From contig JBBIRR010000010.1 of the NCBI GenBank assembly GCA_037441705.1, forward strand, positions 19,597-83,596: a stretch of DNA of 64,000 nucleotides, read 5' to 3'. The DNA comes from Ignavibacteriales bacterium (GTDB lineage: Bacteria; Bacteroidota; Ignavibacteria; UBA10030; UBA6906). Both the position numbers and the translations under genes were made by a program. Shown one piece after another: positions 40,451 through 48,792 of the stretch (positions are counted from its first letter, which is position 1; each line of letters starts with the position of its first letter). The notes below the pieces were generated by a model that ran no database searches, was not told where the DNA came from, and saw nothing but the letters and a program-made list of their open reading frames with translations.

Positions 40451-40517
40451 ATCCCAATCTCCATCCACCACTCCAACTCTCCACCACTCCCTCACCCCCT
40501 TCATCCATCCACCACAC
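40451..40517. repeat. Degenerate C-rich 8-bp tandem repeats
   Basis: cactccaa ctctccac cactccct caccccct, same family as 37531..37610. Confidence 0.6.
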
Positions 40518-41861
40518 CTACAGCTCTTTCACAGCCTTCGGTTTGATGTTGAAGTTGCTGGTCTTGCGAAACACCGGCTCGACGCACTCTCCGCGCATGT
40601 AGCCGCGTACGTTCTTCTCCTCGACGGCTTTCTTGAGAATCGGCAGGACGTCGCGATACGCCTTCAGTGTGTAGGCAACATCGTCTTCTGTATGTGAGAA
40701 GCACATCGTATGAAAGCCGCTCCACAAGATGCCGCGCTTGAACAGTTCTTGCTGCACCAGCGATTTCATCTCCAGCGGATTACCGGCAGCGGGATCGAAC
40801 GAAACGATGGATCGGAAACCGAATCCTGAACATTTCGTGTAGGTCATCCCCAGTTCGGCGGCAATCGCATTGTAGCCGTCGCGCAGTTTGCTGCCGAGCG
40901 TATCGAGATAGAGGGTCACGCGCTTGGAACGAATCTCATTGATCGTTGCTTTGACTGCTGCAAGCGACAGAGCTTCGCCGCCGAAGGTGGTAAAGAAGAA
41001 CACATCTCGTTCGAACAACGACATCACATCGCGCCTGCCGCAGAGAATGCCGATCGGCATGCCGTTGGCGACAGCTTTGGAAAATGTGGCGAGATCGGCT
41101 TTGACCCCGAAGAACTCCTGCGCGCCGCCGAGGGCAATGCGAAATCCCGTCCACATCTCATCGAAAATAAGCAGTGTGCCGTTGGCTTCGCACACCTCCT
41201 TGAGTTTGTGGAGAAAATTATCGCGCGGTGCTTCGAACACCGTCGGCTCGAGGATCACTGCGGCCGTATCGCTGTCCAGAGAGTCGACAACTGATTGGAT
41301 GTCGTTGTAGTTGAACGTGAACGTGAGGTCTTGCACCGCCTGCGGGATGCCTTTGTTGCGGTCCGTGACGCTGATGTACCAATCGTGCCAGCCATGATAG
41401 CCGCAGCAGAGAATCTTGTTGCGGCCCGTGAAGGCGCGCGCAACGCGCACCGCGGCGCTCGTCACGTCGGCGCCGGTTTTGCTGAAGCGGACGCTCTCGG
41501 CATTCGGCACGACCTCCCGCAGCAACTCCGCCACTTCGACTTCCAGAGGATGCATCATGGAAAAGGTGATGCCGTCGGCAAGCTGCGCTTTGATCGCATT
41601 GTCCACCGCCTCGTAGCAGTAGCCGAGCGAAATGGGTCCAATCGCCATGTTGTAGTCGATGTACTCGTTGCTGTCGACGTCCCACACATGCGCCCCCTTG
41701 CCGCGCACGAGATACTTCGGCGCTACGCCGCGCGTGTACTGTCCGGGTCCCTTCGCCAGCGTCTGCGTTTGCGCGGGAATCAATCCGAGTGCGCGGGCGT
41801 AGAGTTTGTCACTCTCTGTGATGATCGGATAGGTGTCGTTGAAAGCTACGGTGTTTGCCAT
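40518..41861 (-). CDS. Class III PLP aminotransferase (GSA-aminomutase-like fold, sugar-pathway context)
   Basis: G.GA..WDVD.NEYID, GYHGW.D, ILEP, IFDEMWTGFR, DL.TFSKA..NG.P, TTFGG. Confidence 0.9.
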   Translation of the reverse strand: MANTVAFNDTYPIITESDKLYARALGLIPAQTQTLAKGPGQYTRGVAPKYLVRGKGAHVWDVDSNEYIDYNMAIGPISLGYCYEAVDNAIKAQLADGITFSMMHPLEVEVAELLREVVPNAESVRFSKTGADVTSAAVRVARAFTGRNKILCCGYHGWHDWYISVTDRNKGIPQAVQDLTFTFNYNDIQSVVDSLDSDTAAVILEPTVFEAPRDNFLHKLKEVCEANGTLLIFDEMWTGFRIALGGAQEFFGVKADLATFSKAVANGMPIGILCGRRDVMSLFERDVFFFTTFGGEALSLAAVKATINEIRSKRVTLYLDTLGSKLRDGYNAIAAELGMTYTKCSGFGFRSIVSFDPAAGNPLEMKSLVQQELFKRGILWSGFHTMCFSHTEDDVAYTLKAYRDVLPILKKAVEEKNVRGYMRGECVEPVFRKTSNFNIKPKAVKEL

Positions 41862-41877
41862 GGGTCAGTCCTCGTGT

Positions 41878-41950
41878 TGGTTTCAAGGTTCAGGGTTCAA
41901 GGTCCGGATGCAGATCAGGCTGAACCGGGCACGTTCAAACCTGAACCAAC
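41878..41950. repeat. Heptamer repeats (GTTCAAG-like) with inverted copies
   Basis: gtttcaag gttcagg gttcaag ... tgaacc ... cctgaacc. Confidence 0.55.
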
Positions 41951-42847
41951 CTTTGTTATCTGTAAGATTCTCCCCGCCAACTTCTCTCCGGTGAATCCCT
42001 CATACTCCAAAACATCTTTGAGCAACGCGGGCTTGAACCAGCGGTTCTCCAACGCAATCGGATGCACGCTGCACATCGTCTGATGCTTGACCAACACCTC
42101 ACTGACGATCGTGAAAAGCCCTCCGGTCAGGAAATGATCTTCGATCGTCACCACCGTCTGCGTCTCCCGCGCGGCAGCGAGAATCGCCTCCTCGTCCACG
42201 GGCGAGAGTGTGCGCATGTTCAGCACACGTGCCGCGATGCCTTCCTGCTCGAGCAACTCTGCCGCCTTCATCACCTCACGAACGAGAAATCCGTACGAGA
42301 GCAGAGCGAAATCGTCTCCTTCTTTCAACACTTCGGCTTTGCCGATCTTGAACGTGCTGGTATGCTCGAAGGTTCTCGGCAGGGCGTTGGACCGCATGTA
42401 CGCCGGATGGGGATCGGCGATCATCGCGGCGAGCGCTTCCGCCTGTTCCTCGGCATCGGCGGGACACAGCACGCGCATATTGGGAATGCCGCGCAGAATC
42501 GAGACGTCTTCGATCGCCTGGTGTGTCGGGCCGTTGGCTTCGGAGAGGAATCCTGCTACCGCGCCGACCAGTTTCACCGGCAGGCCGGAGATGCCGACAT
42601 CGGTGCGGATGAATTCGAACGCGCGCAGCGTGAGAAATGTTGCCAGGGCATGGCAAATCGGGATGCGCCCGCGCAGGGCAAGCCCCGTCGCCGTTCCAAT
42701 CATCGTCTGCTCGGCAATCCCGAAATCAATGAACCGATTGCCAAGCAGTCCGGTAATGTTCCGCATCGCCGCGCGGTTCTCCGCCGTCAACACGACGATG
42801 TCGTCTCGCTGTTCAACAAGCAGTTTGAGTTGCTCTTCGTATGTCAT
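41915..42847 (-). CDS. Transketolase C-terminal subunit (split type)
   Basis: RFID.GIAEQ.M.G.A.GLA, F...RA.E.IR, GPTHQ.IED, PAD, EDH...GG. Confidence 0.92.
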   Translation of the reverse strand: MTYEEQLKLLVEQRDDIVVLTAENRAAMRNITGLLGNRFIDFGIAEQTMIGTATGLALRGRIPICHALATFLTLRAFEFIRTDVGISGLPVKLVGAVAGFLSEANGPTHQAIEDVSILRGIPNMRVLCPADAEEQAEALAAMIADPHPAYMRSNALPRTFEHTSTFKIGKAEVLKEGDDFALLSYGFLVREVMKAAELLEQEGIAARVLNMRTLSPVDEEAILAAARETQTVVTIEDHFLTGGLFTIVSEVLVKHQTMCSVHPIALENRWFKPALLKDVLEYEGFTGEKLAGRILQITKVGSGLNVPGSA

Positions 42848-42857
42848 GACGCGATAA

Positions 42858-42965
42858 GCTCCAGTGTTCAAGCTCCAAGGTCCAAACAAGCTCCAAGTTC
42901 CAAATCTCAACTTCCGAATTGAAAATTGATGCTGGAGCTTCTTTGGAACTTAAGTATTGAGATTT
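42858..42965. repeat. Heptamer repeats (AGCTCCA-like) followed by inverted copies
   Basis: agctcca gtgttca agctcca aggtcca .. agctcca agttcca aatctca ... tggagct .. tggaact .. tgagatt. Confidence 0.7.
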
Positions 42966-42973
42966 TCTTCCGT

Positions 42974-43831
42974 TTATCGCACGACGAGGGTCTCTGACGT
43001 GAGTTTGGCTTTGGCTCCGCCGTGCAATTCCTTGAGCAGCGCTTCTATTTCTTCGTGGCTGAAGTTGACGAACCACCGATTGGCTTGCCGTTCGATGCTC
43101 GGCAGTCCTTTGCCGCGTACCGTGTCGGCGATGATCACGTTGGGTTTACCCGCTGCAATCGGCACTGTTGCAAACGCCTTTTCCATCTCATCAAACGAAT
43201 GGCCGTCGATCCGCTTGACCGACCATCCGAAGGCTTCGAACTTGTTCTCCAACGGCTCGATCGGGATCAGCTCCTCCGTCCGCACATTCGCCTGAAACTC
43301 ATTGCGATCGACAACCGCGACGAGATTGTCCAGCCTGTACGCTGCGGCGACGAGCGCGGCTTCCCAGACCGAACCTTCGTTGAGCTCGCCGTCCCCCAAA
43401 ATCACGAACACGCGATTCGTTCCGCTTCGCATCTTGATGTCGAAGGCGACGCCCATCGCCACCGAAAGAAGATGGCCCAGCGAACCGGAATAGAATTCCA
43501 CGCCCGGAAGGTTTCTGTTCGGATGCCAGTAGATGAAGTCGTTGGTCTTCAGATGATTCTTCAGACGCTCCCTGTCGAAGAAACCCAACTCAGCAAGCGT
43601 TCCGTACAGCGCGGGAACGTCGTGCCCTTTCGAGAGGAAAAAGTAGTCCCTCGACGGGTCGTTGATACGTTCAGGCGAAACATGGAGCACGTGTTTGTAG
43701 AGATACACGATCAGATCGGCGCACGAAAGCGACGCGCCGATGAAGCATCCGCCGTCGGTTGCCATGCGGATGATGTGCTCGCGGACTTTGAGTGCGAGTG
43801 CTTCGAGTTCGTGTTTCTGATGTTGCTGCAT
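42974..43831 (-). CDS. Transketolase N-terminal subunit (split type)
   Basis: RD.F.LSKGH, HP, GSLG, GDGELNEGSVWE (ThDP motif), D.N, DGH, T..GKG. Confidence 0.92.
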   Translation of the reverse strand: MQQHQKHELEALALKVREHIIRMATDGGCFIGASLSCADLIVYLYKHVLHVSPERINDPSRDYFFLSKGHDVPALYGTLAELGFFDRERLKNHLKTNDFIYWHPNRNLPGVEFYSGSLGHLLSVAMGVAFDIKMRSGTNRVFVILGDGELNEGSVWEAALVAAAYRLDNLVAVVDRNEFQANVRTEELIPIEPLENKFEAFGWSVKRIDGHSFDEMEKAFATVPIAAGKPNVIIADTVRGKGLPSIERQANRWFVNFSHEEIEALLKELHGGAKAKLTSETLVVR

Positions 43832-43890
43832 AGCGTGTTTCCTACTTTCTCCGGATCTGCTCGGAACTGCCTTGTTGCGGTGGAGTGGCA

Positions 43891-43955
43891 TCCTTCGACT
43901 TCGCTCGCACACAGCGCTCGCTGCGCTCAGGATGACGCTTCGACTTCACTCAGCA
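43891..43955. repeat. REP-like palindromic element (TCCTTCGACTTCGCTC...CGCTCAGGATGAC)
   Basis: tccttcgacttcgctc gcacacagc gctcgctgcgctcaggatgac, then a second gcttcgacttcactcag. Confidence 0.55.
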
Positions 43956-44750
43956 CGCCCTGTACTCCGCCTCCGTTACGGTTCGCAACTCACCGGCATG
44001 ATGCCGATACCAGTTGACGCCTGCGTATTGCGCGTTCATCGCGGCAATGTCCGGTTTCGCCTCCAACAGACGCAGGATATCCTGCATGGAGAAGATCGGC
44101 TTCTCCTCCGTCCAAAGCTCGTCGTACACCCGCGCAATGAAGGCATAGTCCTCGGGATAGTCAATCGTCCAGCGATGGCTCATCGAGTAGTTGAGTCCGG
44201 TTTCCCACGCCACGTTGCCGATGCGAAATCGTTCGGGACGCTCCCAGATGAACGGTGTCGTATGCTCGCGTTCGAAATCTCTTGTCGCCTCGCGCCATGC
44301 GGTGGTCAGCGTCTCCATGGTCATCACTTCAACATCATTCCCATCGGGATAGGTAGCGGGATGCAGGTTGCTCACGTAGTCGAACTCGTTGTGATGCTGG
44401 AGGAAGAATCCCAGCACCCGATCAATTACCGCGGGATCAATCAACGGGCAGTCGGAGGGAATCTTGACAACAACATCCGCGTGACGCTCCACGGCTGCGC
44501 GATAGTGCCGATCAAGCAAATCCGTGGGATGTCCGCTGAAGCAGTCCACCTGAAGCGAGCGGCACAGGGTGCGGACGGCGTCATCTTCGGGTTCATAGGT
44601 TGTTGCGACAACGAGGTCGAACGGCGTGCTTGCCGCCTGCACGCGTTCCAGCATCCGCTGCAGCAGCGGCTTCCCCTGCAGCGGCATCAAGATTTTTCGC
44701 GGTAGACGGCTTGAGCCTGTCCGCGCTTGGACGACAACGAGCTTGCGCAT
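43950..44750 (-). CDS. Cytidylyltransferase (SpsF/NeuA-like, CTP_transf_3)
   Basis: QAR.GSSRLP.K.L, V.AT, D.LDR, D.VV....DCPLIDP, REH.T, R.T.D..ED. Confidence 0.9.
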   Translation of the reverse strand: MRKLVVVQARTGSSRLPRKILMPLQGKPLLQRMLERVQAASTPFDLVVATTYEPEDDAVRTLCRSLQVDCFSGHPTDLLDRHYRAAVERHADVVVKIPSDCPLIDPAVIDRVLGFFLQHHNEFDYVSNLHPATYPDGNDVEVMTMETLTTAWREATRDFEREHTTPFIWERPERFRIGNVAWETGLNYSMSHRWTIDYPEDYAFIARVYDELWTEEKPIFSMQDILRLLEAKPDIAAMNAQYAGVNWYRHHAGELRTVTEAEYRAC

Positions 44751-45814
44751 CAGCCGAGCCTCGCGAGAAGATGGGAAAATACGCCGCTGTACGAACGCTT
44801 GCCGGAAATGCGCCGCGCTTGGCGACGGACTCGATGCGGCGGACGTTCTTCCGGTTTCGCATCAAGCACCTGCCGGCACACGTCGGCAATTGCTGCCGCG
44901 GAAGTGCCGTTGTTCTGAATGGGAGTGAGCTTCTTCAGCTGTTGGATATCAAAATCCGAATAACACTCCTTGCCCAACGCCAATCCAACATACACCGTAG
45001 TGGAGTAGCGCGTAATGAGGACGTCGCAGTTGGCGATCATGTGTTCGGTGTTGCCGCCGGTGAACACGAGCGCGCCGGGGGCGTAGCGGTTGATTTCACG
45101 TATTGCCCGCTCGAAATTTTCGTTGGGATGAAGTTTGAAGATCAGTTGTCGTCCGTTGGCGATGCGCAGAGCTTTCTGGATGAACTTCTTTCTGTTCTCG
45201 TACTTGTACGTCTCGCGCATATCGCTGGTGCAGACGAGCACGTAGTGCTTGTGCGGGAAGTCGTTGTGGAGATACTCCCGGCAGTTGTCGAAGTTCGGGA
45301 TGCCGGTGACGACTATCTTCGCGGGATCGACACCTTTGTGGATGAACAGGTCGCGGTACCCCTCGCTTGCTACACAGAAGCGATCGTACATGTCGCTCAA
45401 GCCTGTTGTCGCGGTGCTGGCGATCCAGCGGGGGAGAAACGGAAGAGTTTTCCAGAGATGATACGCGAAATTCTCGGGGTCGGTCATGCCTTCCTGCACC
45501 AACACCACCCTCGTGTTGCGGATGTTCTTCGGCATCACAAGGTCGGAACACGTCACGACCAGGTCGTACCGGTTGCGTTTGCCTTGAAAGTCGATCGGAA
45601 GATCGTACGCATGGAGGTAATCCATGCAGCGCTTCATGAGTTTGTTGCCGAGAATGGATGATTCGAGAAGGTTCAGAGTGCGGAGGCGTTCCAGAAGTCC
45701 ATCAGCATAATAGGGTGTGAACCAATGCTCATACTCCGGCAGGTGTTGCGCCACCTTGTGGAGTTGTTTGGTTTGATTGATGGAACCGCAAACGAAAAGG
45801 ATCGTCTGTTTCAT
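44750..45814 (-). CDS. GT-B fold glycosyltransferase-like protein (candidate nonulosonate transferase)
   Basis: VQEG, VTGIPNFD, FKLHPNE, DVLIT.YST...GLALGK; first gene of the operon. Confidence 0.65.
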   Translation of the reverse strand: MKQTILFVCGSINQTKQLHKVAQHLPEYEHWFTPYYADGLLERLRTLNLLESSILGNKLMKRCMDYLHAYDLPIDFQGKRNRYDLVVTCSDLVMPKNIRNTRVVLVQEGMTDPENFAYHLWKTLPFLPRWIASTATTGLSDMYDRFCVASEGYRDLFIHKGVDPAKIVVTGIPNFDNCREYLHNDFPHKHYVLVCTSDMRETYKYENRKKFIQKALRIANGRQLIFKLHPNENFERAIREINRYAPGALVFTGGNTEHMIANCDVLITRYSTTVYVGLALGKECYSDFDIQQLKKLTPIQNNGTSAAAIADVCRQVLDAKPEERPPHRVRRQARRISGKRSYSGVFSHLLARLG

Positions 45815-46134
45815 ACGCTGGGGATGGTGTATGAGCACAGTGTTGTTCAGCAAACAGAATGTACGAGATTTCCCTCGTTTCGGTGTTGCGCGCGTATTAT
45901 CAAATTGTTAAAGAACCGCCAGACAGCGCAGCTCCATGTTTCGCCTTGAATAACAGGGAGAGCTGGACTTGCGTTCCCGGCGAACCGCCCCTGATGCAGC
46001 ACACCCAAAAATCATGAGAATTTCGCTGAGATGCAATTGCCGCGCTACGAACCCGTCTCCCGGGCGTCGGGCGTTTGCCCATACCGCGTGATTTTCGTAT
46101 CATGAGGATGAACACAAGCAGCTTTTGTTTCTTC

Positions 46135-46515
46135 ATGCCCATTCAACTTCGAAAAGAAATCATTGTCGTTGGTGACCGCGTCCTGCTCGAACCTGATGTC
46201 GGACAGGACAAGACGAAGGCCGGTCTTTACCTTCCCGAAACCGTTCGTGAGAAGGATAAAGTGATTGCGGGCAAGGTCGTCAAAGTCGGACCGGGCTACG
46301 CCGTGCCCAATCCCAACTACCTGGATGATGAGCCATGGTCGAAACCAAAAGATCCCGCACGCTACATTCCTTTGCAGGTGAAGGAAGGCGATTCGGCGCT
46401 CTTTCTGCGTGATCAGGCAATCGAAGTCGAATTCGAAGAAAAGAAGTACTTCGTCGCTCCGCAGTCGGCCATCCTGCTCGTCGTGCGGGAAGAGCTGCAC
46501 GAGGATCTTGGGTAG
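46135..46515 (+). CDS. GroES-family co-chaperonin paralog (no groEL adjacent)
   Basis: GDRVL, KTKAGLYLP, G.VVKVGPG, P.QVK.GD, IL. Confidence 0.85.
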   Translation: MPIQLRKEIIVVGDRVLLEPDVGQDKTKAGLYLPETVREKDKVIAGKVVKVGPGYAVPNPNYLDDEPWSKPKDPARYIPLQVKEGDSALFLRDQAIEVEFEEKKYFVAPQSAILLVVREELHEDLG

Positions 46516-46521
46516 CGCTTC

Positions 46522-47334
46522 TCAGTACAGCGCCCTGCTGAATTCGCGGCGGTAGCTCTTCGTGATCTCGCTTTCCTCTCCCAAAATCTTGAAGATGGCC
46601 ACGCATGCCTTGCGGGCACCGTCGTCATCGTAGTAGCGGTTGGTGCGGATCACCTCGATGAACGATTCGAGTGCTCCTGCGAAGTCGCCCTCAGCGAGCT
46701 TGGTTATCGCGGCGAGATATGTTTGCTTGACCGCATCCTCCGGAAGCTGTTCCGGCTGTTCATGCTTGTGCAGCAGTGCTGCAAAGGTTCTGATCGCCTC
46801 GGCAATATCAAAGAACTGGGAGTCTTCGGCGATGGGCTGGACGAGGTCGCGTGCCTTTTGCGGATTGGTGGAGAGATGGGTTTGAGCAAGAAGCACGCGT
46901 GCCTTATGGTTGTCGGGTTCATGCGCGAGGATGTTCTCCAGCAGGGGCTGTGCCTCGCCGGTCTTGTTCTGCAGCAGAAGCTCCTCGGCGCGCCGCAGCT
47001 CAAGGCGATACTTGCTGGGGATGTGCTTCTGAAGCCATTGCCGGACCATCGGTTCGGGCAGGGCCCCGACAAACTCCGCGGACACTTCTCCGTCAACGAA
47101 GAGTTTCACGTTGGGAATACTGCGGATGTTATAGCGCGCGGCCACGTCGGGCATCTCTTCCGTATTGACTTTGGCAAGCTGCCATCGGCCGTCGGCGGTG
47201 GCGGCCAGACGTTCTAACACCGGCCCGAGAATGCGACACGGCCCGCACCATTCCGCCCAAAAATCTACCAGCACCGGAATCTCTTTGCTCCGTTCGAGCA
47301 CTTCTTTCTGAAAGTCCTTTACATCATGAGTCAT
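46522..47334 (-). CDS. Thioredoxin-TPR chaperedoxin (YbbN/CnoX-like)
   Basis: PVLVDFWAEWCGPC..L.P.LE, IRSIP, F.GALPE; C-terminal TPRs, D.ARK....F..LG....YRR..S.ALY. Confidence 0.9.
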   Translation of the reverse strand: MTHDVKDFQKEVLERSKEIPVLVDFWAEWCGPCRILGPVLERLAATADGRWQLAKVNTEEMPDVAARYNIRSIPNVKLFVDGEVSAEFVGALPEPMVRQWLQKHIPSKYRLELRRAEELLLQNKTGEAQPLLENILAHEPDNHKARVLLAQTHLSTNPQKARDLVQPIAEDSQFFDIAEAIRTFAALLHKHEQPEQLPEDAVKQTYLAAITKLAEGDFAGALESFIEVIRTNRYYDDDGARKACVAIFKILGEESEITKSYRREFSRALY

Positions 47335-47501
47335 CGCTGTTCTTTCTTTCTATCAATCACACACCTATTTTCTGGATTTGATGCAAGAATGTCAAGATTG
47401 GGTTCACGCATGGAACGTCCTCTTGCATCTCACCTTTCATCACAATAACTTTGAGTGGGTGTTTGGTCATATCATCGTGTGCAAGAACAGGAGTGAATCG
47501 T

Positions 47502-47669
47502 ATGCCGACGTATGCATACTATTGCAACGACTGCAACAAGGAATTCACGGTGTTTCTGACGATGGCGGAACATGAGCACGGTGCGCCGCCTGCTTGCACC
47601 CACTGCGGCAGCAAGAACGTGACGCCCGAACTCTCCACCGCCACGGTCATCACATCAAAAAAGAGTTGA
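47502..47669 (+). CDS. FmdB-family zinc-ribbon protein
   Basis: MPTY.Y.C..C...F....C..CGS..V...S. Confidence 0.88.
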   Translation: MPTYAYYCNDCNKEFTVFLTMAEHEHGAPPACTHCGSKNVTPELSTATVITSKKS

Positions 47670-47746
47670 GGCGGAGTGCATCCCGCGCGTCGGTTGCATG
47701 TTGGCCGAAAAACTCGTTAGTTCATCGTGATCGCTCCTGAACGAAC

Positions 47747-48166
47747 ATGATGAACTCGAGTGTGAAGCATCTGAGCATTATTCTTCTCGCGGCCACGTGT
47801 ACGCTTGCGCAGCCGAAGAACGCGGCGGTATCGAGCGGCAACGCGGAACGGGGACGCTACATCGCGCACGATGTCGCGATGTGTGTCCAGTGCCATACGC
47901 CGCGAGGGCCGGAGGGGCAGCTTCTTTCCGATCGGGCGTTTGAGGGCGCGCCGATCCCCGTGGGCAAGCCCGCGCAATGGAAGCTCTGGGCCGAGTTTGC
48001 CCCGCGCATTGCCGGCTTACCTCAGTACACCGAGGAGCAAATGGTGGCATTGCTGACCACCGGCCTGGGCCGCGAGGGCAAACCGCTGCGTGCACCCATG
48101 CCAACCTTCAAAATGACGCGGCAGGATGCGCTCGACGTGGCTGCCTATTTGAAATCGCTGCGGTGA
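47747..48166 (+). CDS. Monoheme cytochrome c
   Basis: Signal peptide; RGRY.A..V..CVQCHTPR; PMP (Met ligand); AYLKSL. Confidence 0.9.
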   Translation: MMNSSVKHLSIILLAATCTLAQPKNAAVSSGNAERGRYIAHDVAMCVQCHTPRGPEGQLLSDRAFEGAPIPVGKPAQWKLWAEFAPRIAGLPQYTEEQMVALLTTGLGREGKPLRAPMPTFKMTRQDALDVAAYLKSLR

Positions 48167-48346
48167 AGTTCGGTCCGTCGCAATCAAAACAGAATGCACG
48201 CGTTCCCAATTCGCCCCATCCAACTCGCAACGCACGAAGCACGGTCTCCGCAACACAACAACGAGAGCCGGATTACCCTTCATCTGCATCAACCAAACAA
48301 TCGTTGATTACTCATTCACGTCACTCATCAACAGGAACAATACATC

Positions 48347-48682
48347 ATGGATACAGGAATCATCTGGCTGTTGATTGCTGCCGCGGTGGGATTTGTGGTG
48401 GGATGGCTTTTGCGCGCGCAGAAATCCGCCGACGCATCGTCCGAAAACGATTCCGCGCTTGCCTACAAGCTGCGTCAGCGCGATGAGGAACTGGCAGCCG
48501 TACGCGCCGAAAACACCGTGCATCTTTCTACGCTCGACACGCTGCGCAACGAGATTGCGACGCTGACCAAGAAGCTCGAGGCGTACGAACATCACAACCG
48601 CAAGCCTGCGGGGAAGAAGTCTCCGCAAGCGCGGCGCGCATCAACGACGCGACCCAAGGGAAAACGGACAACAAAGAAGTAA
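48347..48682 (+). CDS. Hypothetical membrane-anchored coiled-coil protein
   Basis: N-terminal TM, coiled coil, basic tail; AGGA RBS. Confidence 0.7.
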   Translation: MDTGIIWLLIAAAVGFVVGWLLRAQKSADASSENDSALAYKLRQRDEELAAVRAENTVHLSTLDTLRNEIATLTKKLEAYEHHNRKPAGKKSPQARRASTTRPKGKRTTKK

Positions 48683-48792
48683 GAGGTGTGAAACTCCTTC
48701 CGCGCCCGGCCGCGTACATCGACCGAAGGCAGCGCGTTCGGGCAGCGTCACGGCGCGCAACATCTGCCCCACCGTGACGCCTCCGGGAAAGA

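Noticed and set aside
40518-41861. Calling the aminotransferase hemL (heme biosynthesis)
   Set aside because: It lacks the HemL PGGVNSPVR N-terminal signature and sits in a sugar-nucleotide operon
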